Source: Octopus bimaculoides (Eukaryota). From it: a DNA stretch of 64,000 bases. This document shows positions 23,843-36,800 of this stretch, one piece after another. The stretch spans positions 31,183,864 through 31,247,863 of the forward strand of contig NC_068990.1 in assembly GCF_001194135.2 (NCBI RefSeq). The letters are read 5' to 3'. Position numbers and translations under genes: made by a program. Under the pieces are notes generated by a model. That model had not been told where the DNA came from and searched no databases. It worked only from the letters and a program-made list of their open reading frames with translations. How positions within the stretch are numbered: the first letter of the stretch is position 1; the number at the start of each line of letters is the position of its first letter.

Positions 23843-26800
23843 TTATTATGCTCTTGTAACTTAGCAGTTCGGCAAAAAAGGCCGATAAAATAAGTACTAA
23901 ACACACAAAGAGTAAGTCCTGGGGTTGATTTGATCAACTAAAGGTGGTACTCCAGCATAGCCACAGTCAAATGACTGAAACAAGTAAAAGAATAAAAGAA
24001 AATATATATGTGTGTGTGTATATATATTTGTTTTCCTTTTCATCTGTAGTCATAATTACTTTTAGTTGCAGAACTCCAAATATTATATACCTCATATTTT
24101 TCTATACAGATAATACACTAGCATGTCAGAATTCAAAGTCAACTCAAGATTATTTGCAGACTAATTTCAAAAGGAATAAAGAATGCATATTTTTTCTAAA
24201 AAGCAAAAGTTTGCGGTTGTTATAGATGCCAACACAAGCGGCAATCAAAAGAATATTCAAAAGATTTTTCCATTCCATTCACTTACACTAAATAGAATAA
24301 AGCTTCACATCTGTCTCATTTTTATTTTCATTTATAATTTATACAATGCTTGATAAATAAATGGAAGGGTATGTAATTTTAAATCAAAATGATAGCAATA
24401 TTAAAGTATCAGTTTGAGTTCAAATTCCACCAAGGTTGACACTACCTTTCATCCTTTCAGGTCTGATAAGATGAGTAGCAAATAAGCACTGGGGTCAATG
24501 TAATTGACTTACTCCCTACCTTGAAATCCTAGCCTTGTGCCAAAGTTTGAAACCAATATTAAAATGTAGCTTTTAATAAAAGTCAAATTTCAGAGTAAAA
24601 CATACAAGCAAATGATATTTTTAAATATTAAATTGAAACTATAAAACGAGAAATACAATGTATATTTAAAAGATGAAAAGTATGTGGTTAGAAAACAAGT
24701 ATTTATACTTACTTCCAAAGATTTAGGGAAGAAACTGTTATCTCTTAATCTTCTGCCACGATCTGCATAAGCTACACTGAAATAATATAAATAGATACAC
24801 AATAAATACATAATTAAGTCTAATGAAATGAGACAATAATGAAGATGTCAAGGAAAAGGAAATAGATACTGCATATGTATATGTATGATTGTAATTGAGA
24901 AGGTTTGTAAATGTGTAAGTCTGTTCATGAAAGTTATATTCCTTATATTGTAGATTTGTTTTGTTTCAAATAATGATTTAGTTGTATGTTATTAAGATTA
25001 CATACATGAATATTTATTTTACACAAAGAAACTTACTTTGTTTGATGCCATTTAACACTGTATGTAAATGCGACAAGATAAGGTGCTGAAACCTCATCCA
25101 AACTTATAGGAAGCTGTTCTTTTGTTGAGACATTCGCAAATATTATCTAAAAATGATAAAAAGAAAATGATTATTTCAAATATTAGTAAAATCTATATTA
25201 ATACTGTTAATTAAAATCATACCCTGCAAAAAATTTTTAAATCAAAAAAGCCCAGTCCTTTGAGGATCAAGCAGAAAATACCTAAACTTTGGTTTGTTTA
25301 TTTAAATACTTAATTTGTGTCAATTTGTGGTCAGGTTAATGTGAAAATTGACAGTATTGCAGAAAAGATTAGTTTTTCAAATGTATGTAATAATTTGTGC
25401 TAAAAATAATATTGCATATATGTAGTTATTAAATAATTACATAATAACAACTAAAGAAACTCAAAAAATTGGAAAAAAGATATTAGCAATAAATTAAATA
25501 CAACTAGTAACAAACATGGTCATACAAACATTGTAAAAAGATTTCCCCCTGACCTCTTAGCAGCTTATTATGAAATTTACAAGTAGCTGAGTATTATTTT
25601 ATGAAGATGCATGCATTTAAAATTTATGAAGCAACACTGGTTACCTGCATATAAATGGCTAGATTTAAAATCAACATAAGCATTGATGCATTAGCTCTTT
25701 CTTATCTAGCAGTCAGTCCCTTTTGCTACTTACATTCCCCTTCCACTATCCTAAAGACAATACTTTCTACCCAGTATTGGTAAGCCATAGTTATGTCAAA
25801 GTTTTCAAAGAGTACAGGCACTAATTTTTTGAAATAGTTAATACATCTCACTCATATTACATGCCAAATAAAGATTTATCAAGTCCAAATTTTTACATTT
25901 TCAAAAACATTGAAAATGTAAAAGAAAACAGTAAGAAATTAGCCAATTAATTTTTTTAACAAAATACAAAAATATGTTAACTTCCAATATCTAATTCCTG
26001 GTAATTAAGAAATTGAAGAATCTAGTAAAAAANNNNNNNNNNAAAAAAAAAAAAAAAAAAAAGCCAAGTGAATTGAATTTAGGAATTTCAATATTTCAGA
26101 TGAAATTGTGAAATACATCATCAATATCAATTCTTTAATTTATTGTATAATAACATAAAACATTTAACAACTGATTATTACAAGGTGCAGTTAACAATAC
26201 CCATTTCCTTTTGTCACTATAAAGGTTACATAGGACATGTTTTATGGTAATACATTGGTACTTTCCCATTTCTTAGTTTAAAAATAAAAGTTTCTTTCAT
26301 TACCCCCAGCTATATAAGTCTTTCTGCTCTCTTATGACTGAGTTTATCAATCATATGCTTTCCACCTTTTAGAATGTGTTAAATTTATTATTTCTTCAGA
26401 CTTTCAGTGAAAAGAGAAAACAAAAATTTTGGTGTAAAAAACATTAATTAAAAAAACAAAAAAAAAACAGTGTAGGTACTTTTTTTATGCATTCAAAGAA
26501 ACAAAAATAATAGGAAGTGTATTTCATTTTTATTTAGTCAGCCTAGGAAAGACAGAAGAACATGTGACTTTCCAAACTTAACAATGGAGTTAACATTCAT
26601 CTGATAGAAAGAGAATCTCTGAATTGTCATATACAGTAGTATGGCACATTAATAAGTGGTATGATGGTTGTCAGGGTTAGAATAGACACAGATATTAATA
26701 TGAAAGGTAACATAGATACCTCAACAATTCTAGAGTCAATAACTGTTCCACAATAACACTTGGAGTGAAAACATGAGTGCAGTTTTGAGTAAGGTTACAC

Positions 26801-27823
26801 AAAGTATTTCATAAGAGTTTAAAGGTAAATTGACAAAATTTGGGAGAATGTAACATAAGTGACACAGGCATATGAAATGATTTTTAGGTTTAACTATATC
26901 AAATTGGATTAGATACAAATTCAGTTGTTCAAAGGAACACTTTGGTAGAAGAGGAACTTTGCTATTTTGGGATATAGTTTATGTGTGGAGTGCAATACTT
27001 TAATAGTTTTCTTATTTTGCATAAATTTGGGAACTACTGAGAGCAAAAGCATTTTCTGGTCTAGCTTTTGTTTACTATAAACTGTCCTCAGGGAATAAAA
27101 AATTATTTAGTCTGTAGGAAACTGAAAAGAATTATAAAACTTCTGTCAAACAGTTAATGTTGGGCATTTGTACTTTCACTATCTATCAGAGGATGCAAAT
27201 GCTGCTATGTAAAGTAACTACTTTAAATGTAATTTTGTTGCTAACATGATAAAATTCTGTTATCTAAGAAAACAAAACTCACCTGATTCCCATTGTATTC
27301 TATATTGAAGTGCAAATGAGCCCATAAGTATATTTTATGATGGTGTGGTAGAAAGCCTCCTTCTTCGAGATGCCCTATAAAACCTCTAACAGGAATTTCA
27401 TCTGAAACAAAAGTGATAAATTAAATACAACAATATGACCATGATTGAAATGTTATAAGATATTGTTTCAGAAATGGAACAACTAATAACTTGTGTTGTT
27501 TTCCTAAAGATTTTTTTACTACAGATTTTCAACTAAAGATAATAGCTTCTATTTCTCTATATATGTAAGATGATATAACTAAATATATATAAACAAACTC
27601 TTGTTTGGTCTATCTTTCTAAATGTACTCTGTGACTAAGCAACTGTAGATTCTAACCAAATGAAACTCAGAATATAATATGAACCCTTCTCACAATTTTC
27701 TTTTGGATACACAGAAATACAATGCTTTTCTAAATATGATTTTTTGTTGTTGCCTTTAAATCTAAACCTCTCTCTAAAATTATGTGCGTGTGTACATACA
27801 CATATATTGACACAGGAATGCAT

Positions 27824-27867
<44 letters not shown>

Positions 27868-30800
27868 CTACATGAAAAGATGTTTATACTCTAGTTTGAA
27901 TGTAAATGGGAGGTGGAAAAGTTTAACCATATTAAAGAAATTAAAGAGAAATAAAGTCTGAAAAATAAAATCTGAAATAAATAAGTAAATAAATAATTAA
28001 AGCATACTTTAATATCTTTGAAAACTTTCACCTGACTGAAAGACACACCAATTTATATAAACTGACATCACTTTGTTTTCACACTGTATTCTTAAATCCT
28101 GTTGTTACTAATCAGGAACAGTGCTACTATAAGCATAATTTTCAGCTTAATATTCTCAATATTCTATCACTATCATGCTTTCAGTATGTCCTTACATCCT
28201 TTTATCTCCCATACACTGAGTCCTAAATGTCAGTACCAGAGGGAAATACCAAGCAGAATCAATGTTTCTTATTAGACAATACTGTGGTGACTTCTAGCAA
28301 ATAGAAGTAAAGTAATTGAAAAAGAAGCAAGAAACAGCAGTAAGAATCTTAATATTTCCTACATGACTGGCAGCTGATATCTTACTGACAGCCTACTGAT
28401 CATCATGTTAGTGTAAGTGGAAGACATTGAACTAGAAATGGTAAGTAGTTGGCTAGCAGGCATTAATATGAGCCACCTATCATCAGGTGGATAGCCATTA
28501 ACTGTAATCCTGCACTTATAATACAGAGTAACATAATGCAAACAGCAAGTAGACATGTCAGTAGTTTACTTCAAAATGGTCAAACAATGAAGAAAAGAAG
28601 GCAAACAGAGGTAATGCCAATAGAAATCACAATAGAAATGCCTGGTTTATAAATTTTAAGTTAATCCCCAGTTCACTAAAAGATTAAATGTCAAATATGT
28701 TTTGCATTATTTCAGTTAAAATTTTAAATATTTTAGTCTTTATAATATGAGTAAAAAGTTGTTTTTTTTATCAATGCTTTTCTATATAAGTTTGCTTGTA
28801 AATGTATTTCATGTACTATTTAAATATTTTTCATATAAACATTTAAATATCATATCCTTTTAAATAGCTTGAACAATTGTACCTACTAACAAGCAGGATA
28901 GATACATGAGATGATTTAAACCACAGGAAATAAGAAGGAAGATTTAAAAAATTTTCAACACAGAAGTTTCAGAGTAAACAAATGGCCAATGAATTATCAG
29001 AATCAAGCAAGGTTGGGATATTGAGCCATCTTTTTACACTCAATCTGGCACATGAATGGGATAATTTGTTTATTTTATGTTAGATAATGACCGTAGGGGC
29101 TGTGATACATTTGTAGTCATTCTTACTATTTTGGCGGATATGCTGAATATATACCCACTTCTTTCTGTTTTTCTTTTTCTTCAGATTCATGTTTTTTTAA
29201 ACAAATTCCAATTTTGCCAAGGAAAACAAAAAGTATTTCAAAATTTTAAAGTTCTCTCACATTTCTTTTGTTTTTGCTTTATCCAGAACCTCCTTTTAAT
29301 TCTCCAAAGAAAAATATGGAGATTATGAAGGAAAGATTTTTCAAAATTCCATTTAAAAAAAAAAAAATGATTTCCCAGCCCATCTTCTAAGCTTTTGGAA
29401 TAGCCACACCCATCTGTCACAGCAAAAATATGAATATTTTTAAATGCTTATTTATTTTGCATATGCATAGATGATTGTCAAACCATAATATGACAGTTAA
29501 GATGCCTCAATATGGTCACTAAACATGCTAGAAATGACAACCAAATTTCCCTCAAACCTCACCTACCTTTTGTTTTTAAAATAATTTCTCTAAAATTCCT
29601 ATGTTTTCATCATGAAGATTTTGATTTTGCCAAAAAGACAACATTTTAAAATTTCAATTTCACTTATCCTCCAAGTTTTTTTTTTCGACTTTGAAAAATT
29701 TTTGGTGATGATGGTGGTGTTGTTGATGAATTGTATTGCATAATCTAAACTGTAGTTTCAGTGTTTTAGAAGGGTAGATTGGACCCACCATCACCAAAAC
29801 CATTATCACCAGCATTGCCAATAACAAGAATAACACCGCAACCATCAACACTACCACTACCACCACCACTATCACTAACACAGACAAGACAACTACAACC
29901 ACCAATGCCATTCCCCATCAATAACACCATTATTACCATCACTACCACCACCAACACCATCACTACCACCACCAACACCATCACTACCACCACCAACACT
30001 ATCACTACCAACATCAACACCACTATCAACACAGTAAGCTCTCACACAAAATATCAGTATCATAAACACATTTTGTAAGGCAAATAAGTTTTCTCTTTTT
30101 TTTTTCTCATTTATTAAATTTCTTTTTTATCTGTTCAAAATAGTAGTACATGCAAATGAGAAAGCCTACTTAAAAAGTTTCATACAACAGAATTTATGGA
30201 GTAGGAAAGAATTTTGAAAAAGAAGAGTCTTTTAGAATTATAATTTCTAAACAAAAAAAGGTGATGGGGTGCAAATAATTAAAATTTTACAATCCTGTTT
30301 TTTTTTCTTTTAAAAAATTAGAATCTCTGTAAAATAAACAAAAAAAGAAGGGGGTATGACTGGTTTGAAGAAGATTTGGCTATTATTTCTAGCATGTTAA
30401 GTGACCAAACTGAAGTCTCCTAAATGTTGTGTAGTGGTTTATTAATTTTTTTCTTTGATCTTATAGTAACATCTATGCATGTACAAATGAAAGGGACATA
30501 TTTAAAGTTTAACAGGATTTAATTTAGAGGAGGGAGATTTTATAAAATATATATTTTGAAAAACATTTTTTCCCAAAAAACAATTTTTTTCCTCAGAATC
30601 AAACTTTTTTTGAAAATGTTTTGATAAAATTATAAGCCACTGAAATTGTTTAAATAAAGAAAAGAAAAGTTTGAGGGAACTTATAACTTATTTCTAACTC
30701 AGACAACAGTGTTGAGGCCTTCTAAATGTTGTCTTGTTTAGCAGACATTCAAGAATGCATAAATGAAAGGCCATGTTTAATAATACCTGGGTAGTTGTAC

Positions 30801-33800
30801 AGCAGGGGTGTAGTAACCTGAAAAACTGGGATGGTGGAATACTTTTTTTTTTTAAAGTAGAAAAGTGAAAAAGGGAAGGTTGAAATCTTGTACTTTCTTT
30901 GAGAAATCAGAATCCCTATTGTTGAAAACATAGGAATCTAAAGAATAAAACAAGAGATATCTTTTTACTGTTTTACATTTATTTTTCTATTTTGCAATGC
31001 TTAAATGGATCTATTGGAGCAGATTCTTTACTGTTCCTACTACCAAAAACTCATCTATTAAAATAGGAGAACAATTTTCTATTTGTAAGACAAAAGAATA
31101 TACATCACTATACTTTGCTTAGAGATTACCCAAAGTAGCTGTGGTAATGATTTGAACTTATAATCATATGAACAGTATCCTAGTACCCTATGAATTAAAA
31201 GTATCTTTTATTCAAAGTTGTCTAGTGCTATTGCACTAAACTTGTATACTTTCAGTTCTTCTATACGGCACTTATGAAAAGGGTTTGCATATAACTTTGT
31301 GTAAGCATTTCTTTTATTAGATGAATACTATTTTCCAAGTAAAGTATTCCAAGACCAGAGGCTTTATCAAAAACGATATTAAAACAAAAAGAAAAAGAAA
31401 GCAATAACATCGTTATCAGTTTAGCTATATGCGTGGAGCCTTAAAGTTGAACAAAATGTGTATTTATGCTGTTTTTTTAATTTATAAACTGGCATGTCTT
31501 CTATTGAGCTTCATATCAATTCTTTTATAGAAAAAATTTATTAGATTTCTGATTGGGTGATTTATTGAAAGTAGCAATAATGTGCTGTTATTAAAATGCA
31601 AGTTTAATGACCAAAGTGAAATTGAATGAAATCAAAAGAACTTAAATTTTTATTGACAACAAAGGATTTCACACTTAAATTAGGCTATATTACAATGGAA
31701 AAGAATGAATATGGAGGATTTACAGCAATTATAAAGAATAAGATGGATATGAACCACTTATTTAGATAGTAAAGAAAGTGGCTGGACAACATTTACCTCT
31801 ATATATAATAATTGCTGGGATAAATGTTGGTTCATTGATTTCTCCAGTCATGCTTTACATGAGAGAGAGAGAGAGAAAGAGAGTTAAAAAAGAGGTAAAG
31901 GGAGAGTTAGTATAAGAGTTGTAAGACGAGTACATGCATAGGTTTGGTGGCAAGAGGAGGAGGAGAATAAGTAAATGACAGTTAAGGGAAGAGTTTTATT
32001 TAATTTAATCTAAGGTAATAAATATTTTTCTGTTGAATATTAGTATTAATTTCATCATTTTGTATAAGCATCAAGAAATTTAATAATAGTTAAACTATAA
32101 TTATTACATGTATAACATATTTCCTGATATTATCCACTGTGGTAAAAGTATACTTCTAAACTTATCCATCATATGACAGGTAAAACTCTTCTTACATATA
32201 AAAGAAGATGCATACATTGGTGCAGATATATAATTGCAGGCTGGATGGAAATGTTTTGAAATTTAATAGTAAAAAGAACTCAGAGTAAAAACCAACCAAG
32301 ACTGAGGAGTATTTATATAAAATTTTAGAACATTTAGCTTGACAGATGAGATAAGGTCTATGCAATATGGAAGGATCTGTACTGCAGATCTGTCACAATT
32401 CTTTCCATTTTGGAAGAATTCAACATTACAACCATTTCATCACTATATTTCTAACAAGAATAAACTCTGGAATGTCTTAAAGTGCTAAAATAATTATGAA
32501 TTTAAACGGGTCTCATAAACAACTGACTTATATACAAGCAGAAGGACCTGGTTTCACTTGGGTTATAAATTCATAAGTCTTAATGCAGTACTCTTTGCTT
32601 GTAGTGTAAGATTAGTGTATTTCTCAGAAAGTAATACTTTTAACACCCAATGGTTTTTACACTTCTGTACATTACATGCACATATTATTCACGGCTCTGG
32701 AGGTTGGGACATTGCAGGGAGTTTAACCTTTCTACTGCAGCAGCACAGCCCAGGTGTCTCTCCAGGCCACTTCCTTGCTTTACAGTGTATGCACTCAGTT
32801 ATCATTGCACCAATGGAAACTTTAGTGTCATCTCCATAATTAACTGCTGGATCATAGTTGAAAGCTGCTTCATAGAAGTTGCTTCTTTGAGCTGTTGTAA
32901 CTGCTCTTCCTTCTGCAGTGGAGATCAGGCGTGCATATCTCTGTTCAATACCAGTACACAACTGTTTTTTTTTTTTATGCGCAACTCTTGTCTCATCATT
33001 CTCAGATGCTCTGGCTGCTGTAGTGTGCAATCTGTTTGTTTCTTTCTTGACATGCTTCTCTCTTTTCAGCTGTCTCTCTTTCCCTCAACAGAGACATTCT
33101 TTTGGCTGACCTTGACACTGGAGACAAATCTGACACCTTCCTTCTAGGCAAGGTTATTTACAAATACACAAATACACCGGTACAGAAGAATGTGAACAAT
33201 GAAAGTAACTGTAATAATATTTTTGGTACCAGAAATCGTTACGACAGTAAACTCTAGACTGAATGGTTGACAGAATGAAGAGAGAATGATAGAGTAAGAA
33301 ATAGACAGAGAGGAAGTACAGTGAGAAATTAGATAGGGAACATGCCTCCCAAATATTAAAAATAGACATTTGTAACATCGAAAGAAGTTGAGTTATTGAC
33401 AGAGTGAGGAAGGAAGAGAGAGAGAGAGAGAATAAGGAAGAGGAGTTGCTACGTCTGGCTAGTCACAGTTGTTACGTTAGTACCAGAAGTTGACATTGAA
33501 AAACCCTTTTAAAGAAGTTAATCTTATATAAAGCAATATTATTTATTTTTAATATAAAAATAAATGAAGACCATATTATTGTATCTCAAGTTAAATTATT
33601 CATGCACCCCAAGTATGGAACCAATTTGTGCAGCCGTTTTCGCGTGAAAAGTGAACACACAGAGGTCTATTTTATATATAAGATAAGTGTTTGAAGTACA
33701 ACAAAATTTTTTTACGTAAATTTATAACGGACAAATGTCCATTATAAATTTAGTAGTAGGAAGTTTAAAAGATTTATTTTAATTGTGTGAATTTGAAGAA

Positions 33801-36800
33801 AAATTCAGACATGATAAAACATTTAGAGAAGTCATTAAAAGCAACAAAATGTTTTCTGTAGTATTTCAGTATACTCATTTAACATGTGAAACATGTATGC
33901 TTAGCATATGGAACATGTAGTTTTTTTGTAACAATGTAGCCCAAACATTCAAAATTCTAACATTACATAAATAACAACTTAATACATTTTATGAGAATGA
34001 AGAATTCGTTATGTAGATAATTATGTATATTTCTTATGAAATATTAATGTTTCTCAAGTGCTTTTAATCTTATTAATAAGCTCTCAGTTTCTTCCATATA
34101 TTTGACTAACAAACTCAGCTTTGCTTTCTTTCAGATTCTTATCAAGGATGTATGGTACTCTCTTTTATGTGGTTTCATTAAAAATCACTTGATTACTTGT
34201 GTGTTTGAACTTGGCTGGCCAAGGAGTAGTGACAATGCAAATCAATTATTCTAAATGAATACAAACTAAAGAAAAAAAAAAAAATACAGCAAAAATGATA
34301 AAAACAAAACAAACTCTAATTTGTTCAGAATGTTTTTACCAAGAAAACAAATGAAAGTAAAAAAAGTAAGCTGTAATAAGTTGTGCAGTATGTGCAATTA
34401 GTTATTTGAAAGAAAGATTTTAAACTAGCATCAAACAATAGGAAGTATAGTAGCAAAATGAGTGGAATCTACAAAAATACTCTGTAAGCATGAAGAACTA
34501 ATTGACAATAAATATAGAAGAGAAATCAAACCTAAAAAAAGAGAGAAAAAAACAGCAAGAATCTTCAATGGAGTTAAATGCTACAAAACCCTAGTAGTAA
34601 AGCTGTTTCATATATATATAGCTGCCAAATCAAAATAATGTGCAGCCTTAATAGCAGATTATTTACTTTCTGCTATTATAAATACATTTTGGTTCTACTG
34701 ATAAAATTCCAAATCTTCCTTGTCTGATGTGGCACAAAAGGAAGTAAAATGAGCAAATAATCATGCAGTAAAAGTTTCATGTGCTTCATAATTGTATAAT
34801 AATGCAGTGTTATGTTCTGTTGCCCTTGAAGTAAATAAAGACACCATCATCATTATCATCACACCTATTAAGTCAAAATACTTCACTACATTGTTCTACT
34901 GAATTATTGTGCACAGGTTTGTGTACCTCTGGGTTATACATAGTTGCTCATACTTTGCTATATATGACTTTACATAACAATAAGTCACTGATTTACAAGG
35001 GAAAGGAAATGGGATATTCTTGTTTTCCTTATAGAATGTATTGCTAGCAAACTAAAATTCTTTCCTTGGTAAATATTTTAGAACTCCACTTCCCACAAAG
35101 TCATTCACAGCTTTATCTCTTTTAATATCAACCTGTCTGAAACTACTCTTTGTTCTATAATACAAATTTTTGCTTTTAATGAGATCTAAATTATAAATTC
35201 TCCATCAAAATTTCATGTTAATTTATGTTCCAAATACTAGATTAATATTGAGTTATTTTATCAAATTCTTCACAGTTTGAAAATCATTTGACACAAATTA
35301 AGTGTATTTTAACAGAGATATGGTAAAGAAGGGTTTAAAAATGTCTAGGTTCAACACAAAATTATTAATGATATGATATATTTAAATTGATGTCGAATTA
35401 GGGATTGAATGGAAAGTCTAATTCCATCTTCAGTGAGAAAAGAACAAAGCTAATTTCTATTTAGTTAAAATGAATATACTAAAATAAGTTTAAATAACCC
35501 CAAGAAAGGCATGGTGTAATAGTAATATTTATTTCATCACATTTATTTATTTGTTGATTTGTCAAGGGTACCCAATGGTAGAAAAGTTAGGAATGCTACA
35601 ATATTTCATTTTCTAAACTGATACTAAACACTTCTTTCAATATTTCTCCTGATCTAAAATCTTCTGAAATCCTTCCCAACCTACATTTTCCATTCAGTCA
35701 ACTTCAGCATGCAAAAGCTATAGGCCCTGTGTCTATTCCTGAACCTATGTATTAAACAAAAATGACTTCTATTAAATCAGGATTGTTTCATTTGTGTTGC
35801 TTTTCAAATGGATTTAAAAAAATTTCCTGTACATCATTTGATAACATTCTACCTTTAGCAGCTACTCTAGTTTTTGTTTGCAAAGACAATCTAATTTTAA
35901 ATATAATGTCCCTGTATAGTCATTGTCCCTTCCATTATTACTGATTTCTTAGGCCATCTGTATTACATTTAACATAACTTAAGGAAAGTGATATAGAAAC
36001 AAAAGTCTAACCAAATTAGCTTTCAATGTATTCTAATATTTCAGTGCCAAACTAATCTGAATTATTCAGTTATTCATAATTGTAAATAGTTTGTTTTACA
36101 ACATTTAGAAAGTATTAATGAAAAGATTATCCTGCAGAGCCATAAGTTATATACAGTTTTGACAATTTGATATGGAGACACTGTTTCCACTTAATTTTTG
36201 TTTCCTCTGATGTAATTCTTTTGTCATTTCTTATCAGGCAGATGTTTTTTCTTAAACTGAGTCAAACTCATATATATAAAAATTGATATGATCAGCTAAA
36301 CATTTCAAGATTTTAAATTTAAGTAATACTCAAGGACTGCTTCTACTTCTCATATAATTGTTCAAACATTCAAGAATACTTTCTAGTTGGATGAATCCAT
36401 GAGAATTTAATCAGACATCTAATCAGCAAATATTTCTTACAGTAACATATTATCAGTTGAATCAATGCATAAAATCTCACATAATTTACTTCCAATAATG
36501 TAGCTGATATTTAAATTATAATGAAATTAATAATCCAATTTTTTTTTACTTTCCAACATCAAATGATTGCAATAGTTCTAGCCATTTACAGTGAAATTGA
36601 GCAGCAGAGGAGAATAATAGTGATCCAGCTTTTCTTTAGCAACATGGATAGGAAATGATAACATCATAAATAGAGTAATAGCTTTTAGTTTCAATGGATA
36701 CAAAATATGTTTAAGTCCTGGATTTATTTTTTAGTTATCAGTATGCATCAAAATGATATGATTTATAAAATATGGCTTTCCTTAAGCATTAAGCCAATCA

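Noticed and set aside
30742-30795. cag|AC ATT CAA GAA TGC (DIQEC) resembling a calcium-binding EGF exon start
   Set aside because: The remaining EGF cysteines are absent and a stop follows within about 16 codons.
34135-34254. Strong + strand 3' splice site (GACTAAC, pyrimidine tract, CAG) followed by a 39-codon open frame
   Set aside because: Isolated, with no linked exons or recognisable protein; expected occasionally by chance.
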